Positions 8,537-17,553 of a DNA stretch of 32,000 bases are shown here, one piece after another. The position numbers were made by a program, and so were the translations under genes. Within the stretch, counting starts at the first letter, position 1. Each line of letters opens with the position of its first letter. Origin of the DNA: Patescibacteria group bacterium (GTDB lineage: Bacteria > Patescibacteriota > Patescibacteriia > 2-01-FULL-39-33). A model generated the notes under the pieces. The model was not told the origin of the DNA. It made no database searches and saw nothing but the letters and a program-made list of their open reading frames with translations. The stretch spans positions 1-32,000 of the forward strand of contig JBAZRV010000002.1 of NCBI GenBank assembly GCA_041662745.1, written 5' to 3'.

Positions 8537-9816
8537 GGCAGGTCAATTTTATAAATTCTGTTGTTAATCGCATCGTTGAAAAATAACGATTTGGGGGAGG
8601 AAATATTATACATAATATTGTTAATGCTGCCTTGGCGAGTCGGTGTGGCGATTAATGTCTGTTGGCCCGTAGTTAAGTCAATTTGGTAGATGTCATCGGT
8701 CAGATTGTCGGCCACGCTGCGATCAATATCGGCGCCGTCAGGCAAATTGCGCGGTACGGCGCAATAGAGCGTGTCGTTGCCGGCAAAAGCGCATTTGTCC
8801 GGCCAAGTATTAAGAGTCAAGGGTTGGCGATTAGTGCCGATATTGTCGCCGTAAGCGTCGGAAATCCATAATTGCGGTTTGAAATCGGTCATGTTGTGTA
8901 CGCTGTAAAGCAAACGCCCGCCATTAGGCGACCATTCGCTTTGGAATCCCCGGCCTTCCACAATCATGGATTTGAAGTTTTCGCCGTTTAAGCCGACGAA
9001 GTAAACCTCAGAGCGATTGAGATCTTTGCCCTCATTGAAAGTAGCGACCATTTGGTTATTGGGGGACCAGTTTGTTTGGATTTGGTTTTCTATGCCGCCG
9101 ATGCTTTCTAAAATTTTGGGATTGGAACCGTCGTATTTGGCGGCGACTAAGAAACGATTTTCCGCATCCAACGCCATGTTTTTGAACAATATTTGTTCAT
9201 CATTAGGAGAGAATTCAAAACTCTCCCAATGTTTGGGTAGAGTGATTTGTTTTTGGGTGTTGAAATCGTAGATAATGTTAGAGCCGTCGGGATATTCTAA
9301 TACGGCTTTGCCGCCCTTATTGTCCCAAACGGCATTAGAGACATTGTAGAACACCTGATCGCTTAGAGCGGTGATATTGCCATTGCCGTCCACGCGATAG
9401 AACTTGCCGTCTTTAGTGTTGTAATAATTAATTGTTCCGCCGGAAGTCATGGAAGAAAAATAAACCGGATCCTTGACTATAGCGTTTATGGCCGTTAATC
9501 CGCCTTGAGCTGTTTGGGTGACTGTAGGCACCGAAGCTGATATCTGTCCGGGAGATTGGGGCAGGGAACCGGATTGCGCCGCTATTTGTTGGTTGCCGGC
9601 GCCGGCCTCAGGAAATTGACTGATAGTAGTGGTGGCCGGCTGTTCTATCGGTGTAATAGCGGGGGGAGCGAAAAACGGCAACCAAAAAAACCAATAAGCA
9701 AAAAAGACCAGTAAAATTATCGCACCGATGATCAAGGCAAAAACCCCGATTTTTTTCCAGTCAAGATTCATATGGTATTTATTATTAGCCGCCGGTTTCT
9801 CCTTCGCCCTCGCCAT
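8533..9816 (-). CDS. Membrane-anchored TolB-like beta-propeller protein
   Basis: N-terminal TM (IGVFALIIGAIILLVFFAYWFFW), Pro/Gln/Thr-rich linker, repeated propeller strands (WSPNNQMVATF, WSPNGGRLLYSV, QLWISDAYGDN, DIYQIDLTTGQQ). Confidence 0.75.
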   Translation of the reverse strand: MARAKEKPAANNKYHMNLDWKKIGVFALIIGAIILLVFFAYWFFWLPFFAPPAITPIEQPATTTISQFPEAGAGNQQIAAQSGSLPQSPGQISASVPTVTQTAQGGLTAINAIVKDPVYFSSMTSGGTINYYNTKDGKFYRVDGNGNITALSDQVFYNVSNAVWDNKGGKAVLEYPDGSNIIYDFNTQKQITLPKHWESFEFSPNDEQILFKNMALDAENRFLVAAKYDGSNPKILESIGGIENQIQTNWSPNNQMVATFNEGKDLNRSEVYFVGLNGENFKSMIVEGRGFQSEWSPNGGRLLYSVHNMTDFKPQLWISDAYGDNIGTNRQPLTLNTWPDKCAFAGNDTLYCAVPRNLPDGADIDRSVADNLTDDIYQIDLTTGQQTLIATPTRQGSINNIMYNISSPKSLFFNDAINNRIYKIDLP

Positions 9817-10459
9817 GAGTGGCGCCGCTAGACGGTTGCGGGCCGGCTTCTTGAGCGCTTGGCGTGGAGGCGGGAGTGGCCGCCGGAGAACCGGTTTCGC
9901 CTTCTTGGACGCACTCCAAACTGCCGCTGATTAATTTTTCCGGATCATTGAGCAAATAACTTATTGCGCCATCAAGATAAAACGACCAGCCGCATTTTTC
10001 ATAGGCATAGTACATGCTGCCGCCGATCATGATAATGATGATTAGAATTAAGGCAATAACCCAGAGCCACCAGGTTCCCGCGATGAAAGTTATTGCCAGC
10101 CAAATATATCTGAGCGTTTTAACGGTTTTCATGGTCCGTTTAATTTTTTCTTCCGCTTCAGCCGTTTGCGAGGCGACTTTAATGGCGGTGTTGGCGGCTT
10201 GCTCTTTTTTAGCGTTAAGCGTATCGGCTTGATTATCATCAAAATTCTGGCGATCGGGGCGGTTAATTCGGTTTATTGAAGAAGCCTGGCTGGACCCATC
10301 GTCCGGACTCTCTTCTTGCTGGTTTTGCGACTGATCGGAAGAAATTGAACGGCGGCTTAATGCAGTGTCTATGGGGGAAAAATTATTGGCGCGGGTCAAT
10401 TCGTTGCGTTTGGCGTTTTTTTGGCTGTTTATTTTACTGGCTATTGTCACTTCGTCCAT
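9785..10459 (-). CDS. Hypothetical protein with a central double-TM hairpin and low-complexity ends
   Basis: 224 aa; LRYIWLAITFIAGTWWLWVIALILIIIIMIGGSMYY core; overlaps the downstream CDS by 32 nt and is preceded by a good minus-strand promoter. Confidence 0.65.
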   Translation of the reverse strand: MDEVTIASKINSQKNAKRNELTRANNFSPIDTALSRRSISSDQSQNQQEESPDDGSSQASSINRINRPDRQNFDDNQADTLNAKKEQAANTAIKVASQTAEAEEKIKRTMKTVKTLRYIWLAITFIAGTWWLWVIALILIIIIMIGGSMYYAYEKCGWSFYLDGAISYLLNDPEKLISGSLECVQEGETGSPAATPASTPSAQEAGPQPSSGATHGEGEGETGG

Positions 10460-10507
10460 ATCTAATTTAATAATTCGTCACAGTAAGGCCTAAAGAATTA
10501 CATCCTT

Positions 10508-10536
10508 ATTATACCATTTTTTGCTTTTAGTCGCAA
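10508..10536 (-). promoter_or_regulatory. Minus-strand promoter for the 10459-6427 gene cluster
   Basis: On the minus strand: TTGCGA (10536-10531), 17-nt spacer, extended TGG-TATAAT (-10 hexamer 10513-10508). Confidence 0.6.
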
Positions 10537-10569
10537 AGTATTATCGGTTGATATTTTTTTATAAAACAA

Positions 10570-10588
10570 GCAATCATAATATGATTGC
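10570..10588. promoter_or_regulatory. 19-nt perfect palindrome, candidate operator
   Basis: GCAATCATA-A-TATGATTGC in the divergent intergenic region. Confidence 0.45.
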
Positions 10589-10650
10589 ATTAAGAAGATG
10601 TTTTATGTTGTAATTAATAATTGTAATTTTTCAAAATGGCCAAAATATTG

Positions 10651-10656
10651 TATAAT
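10651..10656 (+). promoter_or_regulatory. Candidate -10 element for the 10733 CDS
   Basis: TATAAT with only a weak -35 (TTTTCA, 17 nt upstream). Confidence 0.4.
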
Positions 10657-10732
10657 TAATTGTAGTTAATGCTTGTGGATAAGTCATGGATTATTCGGCG
10701 TTTATCCATGAGCAAATTAAGGTGACAAAAAT

Positions 10733-13375
10733 ATGCTGTTAAAACAGCCCACTAAATTTTTTCGGGTCGCGATTTCGGTCGTGGGCGGCCTGTCTTTGTT
10801 TTTAATTCCTTTAATCCCTGTTTCGGCTTGGACCGGCCCGACAGACGATCCGCCCAATGGCAACGTGGCGGCACCCCTTAATCAATCAACGCTTTTTAGC
10901 GGTGATGTAATTTCTGGCAGGTGGAATACATTAATGATCACCCCTGACGGTTGCAGTGCCGCCTCCCTGGTTGGTTGGAACGGAACTAAGTTGGTTTGTA
11001 CTTCAACTTTGCCGTCAGCCGGAGGAATCAGCGGTACGATTAATTACGTATCCAAATTTACCAGCGCTAATACGCTTGGCAATTCTTCTATTTTTGATAA
11101 TGGCAACGTCGGCATAAATGATTCGGCTCCGGCTGCCACCTTGGTGGTAAGAAAGCCTACCAGCGTTGTTACCGCTACTTGGTTGCGGGTTTTTGATGAT
11201 TCCCAAAATCCCGAAATTCAATTGCAGTATTCCAGTGATGCTAACGGGCACTGGGGTATTTATAATAATCAGACCGAAGATGCTTTCAGGATTTGGGGCG
11301 GCGGCAATGATCGTTTGGCGATCAAGCAGAACGGCAATGTCGGCATCGGCACAAATAATCCTCTTGTTAAATTAGACGTAGTTGGCGTAGTCAGTTCCAC
11401 CGGTTTGCAAGTTAACGGTGCAATAACCGCAAGCAGCTTAGTTGGTAGCGGGAGTCGCTGTCTGCAAGCCAGCGCTACCGGTCAAATTTCCGCTACGGCC
11501 TCGGCTTGCGGTACGGGAGGCAGTACCGGTGGCGGAGTCAATTATGGACTGGCCGGCCAAACCGCTTATTATCCGGCTAATGGCACTAATGTTACCGGTA
11601 CCTCGGCCTTGATTATTGATAATGCCAACGGCCGAGTAGCTGTCGGTACGGCTACATCGGCTAATCATCGCTTTTTGATTAAATCGGCTAATGTACTGGG
11701 TTATGCCATGAAAATATTGGATTCCAGCGGCAGCATACCGCTTTTATCTGTCGTTGATTTTGGCACAGCGGCTTTTAATGCTATGGTGGGCATTGGTGTT
11801 GATACTCCCGCTGAAATGCTAGAAGTAGCGGCTCCTGTTAGCGCTAAAACAGCCAGAGTGCGTATTACTGATAAGGTCAATAATCCGGAACTACAATTGC
11901 AATACGGCATCGGTAGTGAACATTGGTCTGTGTATACGCGCAATACGGAGATCGCCGGTCAACCTGGTACGGCAGACAGTCTAAATATTTGGGGGGGCAC
12001 ATTGGATAGGATGACTATTAATCAATGGGGAATGGTGGGTATAAATAATACTGATCCGCAAAAACGATTACATATAGGTCCCGGTCCGACATATTATCCG
12101 GCGTCGTCATTGGCTATTACGGAAAGTCCGGCCAGTATTTGGAATCCCGGCGCTGATTCAGGAATTGAATTTAGTGTTATGGGAGCCGGTAACTATAGAA
12201 ATGAGGCCGGGGCTATAGGGTATACTGCGTCATTGACGAATGAAGATTCAAGGGGGTTTGATTTTTATGTTGGCAGAACCGATCCTCCCACCGTTCATGG
12301 TTGGGGCGATGGCATACCGGCAATGAAAATCAGGAGTGAAAATGCTTATGTTGGTATTGGAACTTGGATGCCATTATCATCGTTGGTTGTTTCTAATCAG
12401 TCAATAATAACTAAGCGTTCGGAGATTGCCAATAAAGACGTTTTCGTTGATATTAATACTAATACCACTAACTACTCTAACGGTTTGAAATGGTCTGTTG
12501 GCGTGACTACAAGTTCTCAAGACTTATGGTGGCTATATCGTCCAGCTGAAACTTCCGATTTAGTGTTGGCTACCGGTGATAATAACCCCTCCAACAGGCT
12601 GATAACTTTTTTATCTAATGGTAAAATAGGCATCGGGACTAACAGTCCGGTATCTACGTTTAATGTTGTAGGCGATAATGCCTCAGGGTATGGCATCACT
12701 CAGCCGGATGGCGCTACTGCCTATATTAAAAACACCCACATTACCTCCGGTTTGGAATATTCTTTCGGTTTAATCGGCGAGGGTTATACGGCTGGTATCC
12801 TGGGCTTATCTTCCAGCGCATCAGGCGTTGGTATTTTTGGCCTTAGTTCTGCCGGCACTGCAATTCAGGGAAGAACAGAAGGTGGGACTGCCGTTTCCGG
12901 CGATGCTTTAGATAGCAATGGTTTTGCAGGATATTTTAGCGGCGGTAAGGGCGTAGCTATTTCCGCTGGCAGTAATGTTAATCCCGGTTTGCAATTAAGC
13001 GGGGGTGTCAATGGTACTTTTATGCAACTTGATCGCGGCGGCGTTTATAATGGTTTATTCGGGGTGGCCGGAGCCAGTGCTCAACTTATTAATAATTCAG
13101 CGGGAGGCGATATTGTTTTAAGAAGTAATGGCGGAAAATTGATTTTAGGAACCGCTTACGCGTCGCCGGTTATTACGATTAGCGGTACTAATGCGGGAAT
13201 AGGAGTCACTTCACCGACTCAAAAATTACAAGTTGATGGCACAGTTAGGGCAACCGGCTATATGGCAGGTTCGGCAACGGGCATAAGCAGGACAGTCACG
13301 GTCAAAGGCAGAACCAATAGCAATTGCAATTTAATTTTTACTAACGGTCTTTTGACGAGCAGTAATTGCCCCTAA
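10733..13375 (+). CDS. Large secreted repeat protein, tail-fibre/adhesin-like beta repeats
   Basis: 880 aa; N-terminal signal segment, WTGPTDDPPNGNVAAPLN, repeated NGNVGIGTNNPLVKLDVVG-type motifs, C-terminal CNLIFTNGLLTSSNC. Confidence 0.8.
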   Translation: MLLKQPTKFFRVAISVVGGLSLFLIPLIPVSAWTGPTDDPPNGNVAAPLNQSTLFSGDVISGRWNTLMITPDGCSAASLVGWNGTKLVCTSTLPSAGGISGTINYVSKFTSANTLGNSSIFDNGNVGINDSAPAATLVVRKPTSVVTATWLRVFDDSQNPEIQLQYSSDANGHWGIYNNQTEDAFRIWGGGNDRLAIKQNGNVGIGTNNPLVKLDVVGVVSSTGLQVNGAITASSLVGSGSRCLQASATGQISATASACGTGGSTGGGVNYGLAGQTAYYPANGTNVTGTSALIIDNANGRVAVGTATSANHRFLIKSANVLGYAMKILDSSGSIPLLSVVDFGTAAFNAMVGIGVDTPAEMLEVAAPVSAKTARVRITDKVNNPELQLQYGIGSEHWSVYTRNTEIAGQPGTADSLNIWGGTLDRMTINQWGMVGINNTDPQKRLHIGPGPTYYPASSLAITESPASIWNPGADSGIEFSVMGAGNYRNEAGAIGYTASLTNEDSRGFDFYVGRTDPPTVHGWGDGIPAMKIRSENAYVGIGTWMPLSSLVVSNQSIITKRSEIANKDVFVDINTNTTNYSNGLKWSVGVTTSSQDLWWLYRPAETSDLVLATGDNNPSNRLITFLSNGKIGIGTNSPVSTFNVVGDNASGYGITQPDGATAYIKNTHITSGLEYSFGLIGEGYTAGILGLSSSASGVGIFGLSSAGTAIQGRTEGGTAVSGDALDSNGFAGYFSGGKGVAISAGSNVNPGLQLSGGVNGTFMQLDRGGVYNGLFGVAGASAQLINNSAGGDIVLRSNGGKLILGTAYASPVITISGTNAGIGVTSPTQKLQVDGTVRATGYMAGSATGISRTVTVKGRTNSNCNLIFTNGLLTSSNCP

Positions 13376-13386
13376 TCCAAGAGGTC

Positions 13387-15069
13387 ATGGTTAATCGCGC
13401 GTTTAAATACGGATCACTCACTATGTTGACGGCCATTATCGTTTTGGCTGGAGTATTGGCTTGCCGGTTGGCGTTCATGCAAGAAACAAATGTAATTTAT
13501 GATGTGGCCGGCTGGCTCTGGAGTGATAATTATGGTTGGATTTCGTTGAATTATCAGAATCCGGGATTGCCGGAAAGCGGAGATACGAGATCATATAAAA
13601 TTCAATTGGACAGTAACAATAATCTATCCGGCTATGGCTGGTCAGAGTATGTTGGTTGGGTTTGTTTCGGCTTCACTTGCTCCGGTTCCGGCATTGGAGG
13701 TATTCCATCCTTTGATGGTGGCTGGGATGCCAGTTACGATCCAATAGCTAAGAAAATCACTGGTTGGGCCGGGATTGTTTCTCTGGGTAATGAGGGTTAT
13801 CTGCATTTGGGCGGCACGGTAATTGACGGTTCCTTAGCTAATGGTGTCGGCCAGGCTTGCTATGATTGCAATACTAATAATGAGGAAGGATCATTAAATT
13901 GTCGCAGTTGCTTTGCCCGCGTCAGGGTTGATGGTGAAAACATACCGGATACCAGCGTTACTTCAACCAGTGCCGGTAGTGGTTCCATATGCTTTAATTG
14001 CAACGGTTGCCAAACTTCAACTAATCCGTTGGGCACTGCCAGTCGCATTATTTGCACCGGCGGTTGCAGCGGCGGTTGTAAAAAATATGGCACCATAGTT
14101 AATGGTGTCAACGGTACAATTTTAGGTTGGGGTTGGAATGGTGATAGCACCAATCTAATTGGCGCCGGCTGGGTGGAGTTTAATGGCGCAGCCGAGATTG
14201 TCTATCCTTGGTTGCAAACGCAATTCGGTTCGGTTTACGGTTCTAACTATATCAGACAAAGATTTGAAAAGGGCCGTAACGCCACTTATTGTATTTTTGC
14301 CAAGGATGTTTATAGTTTCACTTCCACCAATTGCCAGCAACCGTTTTTTTCTGATGTCGCCATTGCTTATCCGACATTGCAGAATGGTGTTTATAGGAAT
14401 GCTTTGGGACAGATTGATTTGGCTGGCTTAACTACGGAATACAGAAGAATCGGCAATACTCGCTATAATAAGTATGATCAGGTTTTGAATATTTACAATA
14501 ATGCAACAACTTGGAAAAACAGCGAAGTTTTTAATAATAGCGTGTACGTTATTAAGGGAAATCTGACTATTGATGCTGGGTTCGCCATTGCTAATGGCGG
14601 TAATGGACAGCGGGGCAACGGTTTAGTGGTAGTTGATGGCGATTTGAATATTAAAAGTGATTTTGGTTATAGCAACGGTTCTTTGCCCGATGATTTAAAG
14701 AAGCTCGGATCAGTGGCCTGGGTGATTAAAGGCGATGTGATAGTTGATCCGACGGTGACTAAGATTGTCGGGGCTTATCTGCTTTTAGGCAAAGATGGCA
14801 TTTTATGTCAGACGGAAAGCGGCTCTTCCGCTGATTATCCTAAGTATATAGCTAATGGTTGCGGAGTGTTTTTTTCTAATGAAAGTCCAAATCAATTAGT
14901 AACATTGGGATTGATTATTGCCAGGGCCTTTGATTTTCGACGTACTTACTCCAAATTAATTCAGGGTTCAGAGAGGATAATTTATGACGGCCGCCTAATC
15001 GCTAATCCGCCTCCCGGACTCAAAGCTTTGGCGGAAAATTTGCCGGTGATTCGTGATTATCAGTATTGA
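13387..15069 (+). CDS. Secreted protein with repeated GW-rich N-terminal domain, Cys-rich insert and C-terminal beta-solenoid-like domain
   Basis: AGWLWSDNYGWISLN / GYGWSEYVGWVCFG / ITGWAGIVSLG repeats; Cys-rich segment CYDCNTNNEEGSLNCRSCF...CFNCNGC...CTGGCSGGCKKYG; NSVYVIKGNLTI/GSVAWVIKGDVIV strands. ATG at 13387 is preferred over the upstream TTG at 13366. Confidence 0.78.
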   Translation: MVNRAFKYGSLTMLTAIIVLAGVLACRLAFMQETNVIYDVAGWLWSDNYGWISLNYQNPGLPESGDTRSYKIQLDSNNNLSGYGWSEYVGWVCFGFTCSGSGIGGIPSFDGGWDASYDPIAKKITGWAGIVSLGNEGYLHLGGTVIDGSLANGVGQACYDCNTNNEEGSLNCRSCFARVRVDGENIPDTSVTSTSAGSGSICFNCNGCQTSTNPLGTASRIICTGGCSGGCKKYGTIVNGVNGTILGWGWNGDSTNLIGAGWVEFNGAAEIVYPWLQTQFGSVYGSNYIRQRFEKGRNATYCIFAKDVYSFTSTNCQQPFFSDVAIAYPTLQNGVYRNALGQIDLAGLTTEYRRIGNTRYNKYDQVLNIYNNATTWKNSEVFNNSVYVIKGNLTIDAGFAIANGGNGQRGNGLVVVDGDLNIKSDFGYSNGSLPDDLKKLGSVAWVIKGDVIVDPTVTKIVGAYLLLGKDGILCQTESGSSADYPKYIANGCGVFFSNESPNQLVTLGLIIARAFDFRRTYSKLIQGSERIIYDGRLIANPPPGLKALAENLPVIRDYQY

Positions 15070-15121
15070 GCAGATATTTAATTATTAATTTTTAGTCATT
15101 AGTCATCAATTTTAAATTTTT

Positions 15122-16231
15122 ATGTTCGGATCAAAGAAAAACAATTATCTCGGCGTCGATCTGGGATCTTCCTCGATTAAAGTTGTAGAATTAGCCAATT
15201 ATTCCGGCCGGCCACGTTTGGTCACTTACGGTTTTACAGAAAAAAGCCCGACTAATATTTCGGAATCCGGAATAATTTCCGATGTTGAAGAAACTGCTGC
15301 GATTCTTAGGGAAGTCTGTAGAAAATCAAAGGTTACGGCTAATAAGGCCGTAGCCGCCCTGCCTAATTTTTCTGTTTTTACTTCTATTTTGACTTTGCCG
15401 TCATTATCCAAAAAAGATCTGGCTGCGGCAATAAGCTGGGAAGCCAAGAAGATTATTCCCATGCCGCTGGAGGAAATAATTTTAGATTGGAAAATCGTAG
15501 AAGAGTTTGAAGTTGGCGGGGGCGGTGCGGATAAATTGCCGGAATTAAGCCAAGAAGCCAATCCTTTGAAAAAGATATTTTCTAAACCGAAGAAAAACGT
15601 CCGAGTGCTTTTGACTGGAGCCAGCAAACAGCTAATCAAAAAGTACATTGATATTTTTGCTAAATGCGGTTTGACTTTGCTCAGTTTGGAGACTGAGAGT
15701 TTTGCTTTGATCCGCTCGCTTTTGGGCGATGATAAGTCAACAGTAATGATTGTTGATATGGGCGCGGCTACTTCCAGTTTAGTGGTGGTTTCCAAGGGGG
15801 TGCCGGTACTGAATCGATCGTTGGAACTGGGCGGTCAAGCTTTAACCAAGGCAATTTCCATGGCCCTGAATGTTAATTTGGATCGCGCCGAGCAGTTTAA
15901 ACAGGATTTGTCATTAGATTCGGAAACAAGCGAAAACTCTTTGCCCCAGACAGTAGAAAAAGCTTTTGCTCCGATTTTAAATGAAATCAGCTATACTATT
16001 AATTTATATCAGGATAGTAATAATACTAAGATTGATAAGTTGATTTTAACCGGCGGCACGGCTCTCTTAGGGCATTTATCGGGTTATTTATCAAATAATT
16101 TTAATATTAATACGGTTATCGGCGATCCTTGGGCGCGGGTAGTTTATCCGGTTGATTTGAAGCCCATTTTAGATCGCGTCGGAGCGCGTTTTGCCGTTCC
16201 TGTCGGCTTAGCTATGCGAGAAATAGAATAG
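15122..16231 (+). CDS. pilM: Type IV pilus assembly ATPase PilM
   Basis: FGSKKNNYLGVDLGSSSIKVVEL, LVVSKGVPVLNRSLELGGQALT, LTGGTALLGHLSGYL; FtsA/actin-like fold signature and operon position. Confidence 0.93.
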   Translation: MFGSKKNNYLGVDLGSSSIKVVELANYSGRPRLVTYGFTEKSPTNISESGIISDVEETAAILREVCRKSKVTANKAVAALPNFSVFTSILTLPSLSKKDLAAAISWEAKKIIPMPLEEIILDWKIVEEFEVGGGGADKLPELSQEANPLKKIFSKPKKNVRVLLTGASKQLIKKYIDIFAKCGLTLLSLETESFALIRSLLGDDKSTVMIVDMGAATSSLVVVSKGVPVLNRSLELGGQALTKAISMALNVNLDRAEQFKQDLSLDSETSENSLPQTVEKAFAPILNEISYTINLYQDSNNTKIDKLILTGGTALLGHLSGYLSNNFNINTVIGDPWARVVYPVDLKPILDRVGARFAVPVGLAMREIE

Positions 16232-16272
16232 TTGTTAGCATATAGCAATAAAAAATGTTATAATATCAGTAC

Positions 16273-17550
16273 ATGCCAGATGTTAATTTGCTACCGGAAG
16301 AATTAAGAAAAAAAGAAAACGAAGAACAAAGGCGAAGAATCAGTCGGACGCCCAGCTTTGATATTTCCTTAACCAATCCGGAGGAAATAAAATTAGAAAA
16401 AGCCGGTTGGCTTAGCAGATTATTCGGCAAGCCCGTCTCTCCTATTGTTTCTTCATCCCGTTACCAATCGTCAGTCAGTGATAATCCAGTGGCTGTTTTG
16501 CCGACCTTTAAGTCCTCGGCGCCGGCTAATTTGCCGATTAGCGAAGGAGTTGATCGGAGTAATTTTTATCGGCAGGAATCAAAACGATTAGCAGAGTTAA
16601 CCAGTCAAGATAAAAAGGAAGAATCAAGATTAGAATCCATGCCGGCGTCTAAAGCAGTTGCCTCACCGCAAATCAATCAATCGTCAAGTAAGAAGGGCGG
16701 TTGGCGGAAAATCTTGGCTTCTTTATTTTCTCGTTCCGGAAAAGTTGAACCCAGAATACATTTAGCTAAACCATCAGAAGCAACAGTATCTTTAGCGCCA
16801 ATGCCGATCAAGTTTAGGGAAGAAAAAGTGGAATTGAAGACCTCCCCGAATCAGCCGATCAAAGAGGGGGCGAGAGAAATCGCTGGCGTTAAGATTGAGC
16901 CGATTAAGAAAGAAAAAAAACATAAGTCCAGCAAGTATGGCGGCTATCACACGACTGAACCGATTACGCACGATCGCCATACCTATATTAATTTAATACC
17001 GTCTGAATTATTAAAAGGAAAGGCTGGGGGGGTCAATTGGTTTAGGGTAGTTTCATCGATGATTTTGCCGGCATTAGTGGTGTTTTTTTGCTATTTGGGC
17101 ATGAGTTGGCTGCAGAGTAATATTAATCAGAAGATATCAATCAATCGTAATGAATTAACACAGCTGCAAAAGAGTATTGGAGATTATAATGAACGAGCCA
17201 GAATAAACAATGATACGGCTAATCGTGTCATTACTCTTAAGAAATTATTGGATAATAGAATTTATTGGACTAAATTTTTTACATTGCTAGAAAAATATAC
17301 TTTGGATGGCGTGTACTTTAAAGAGTTTAGGGCCGATATCGCCGGACTTATTTCTTTGCCGGCTACGGCCGATAACTATGAAACATTGGCTCGGCAACTC
17401 GTAGTACTAAAAGACGCTAATGATTTTGTTAAAGATGCCAGAACTACCAGCATGCAAGTTTCTACCGACCCCAAGGCCGGAGTTACCGGCATTGATTTTC
17501 TTTTGCGTTTAACCCTGGCTGACGGCGTTTTTCGCCATTTGGTCAAATAA
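16273..17550 (+). CDS. PilN-like type IV pilus inner-membrane protein with extended N-terminus
   Basis: YINLIPSELL followed by a TM (ILPALVVFFCYLGMSWL) and a coiled-coil/ferredoxin-like domain; between pilM and a PilO-like gene; extra N-terminal MPDVNLLPEEL. Confidence 0.82.
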   Translation: MPDVNLLPEELRKKENEEQRRRISRTPSFDISLTNPEEIKLEKAGWLSRLFGKPVSPIVSSSRYQSSVSDNPVAVLPTFKSSAPANLPISEGVDRSNFYRQESKRLAELTSQDKKEESRLESMPASKAVASPQINQSSSKKGGWRKILASLFSRSGKVEPRIHLAKPSEATVSLAPMPIKFREEKVELKTSPNQPIKEGAREIAGVKIEPIKKEKKHKSSKYGGYHTTEPITHDRHTYINLIPSELLKGKAGGVNWFRVVSSMILPALVVFFCYLGMSWLQSNINQKISINRNELTQLQKSIGDYNERARINNDTANRVITLKKLLDNRIYWTKFFTLLEKYTLDGVYFKEFRADIAGLISLPATADNYETLARQLVVLKDANDFVKDARTTSMQVSTDPKAGVTGIDFLLRLTLADGVFRHLVK

Positions 17551-17553
17551 TTT

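Noticed and set aside
10733-13375. Prophage tail-fibre gene interpretation
   Set aside because: Repeats resemble tail-fibre sequences, but there is an N-terminal secretion signal and no structural, lysis or packaging phage genes nearby.
13366-13386. Upstream TTG start for the GW-repeat protein
   Set aside because: It overlaps the preceding CDS; ATG at 13387 places the hydrophobic signal segment closer to the N-terminus.
14159-14431. 90-aa ORF overlapping the 13387-15069 CDS in another frame
   Set aside because: Contained within a strongly coding gene with clear domain repeats; treated as a spurious overlapping ORF.
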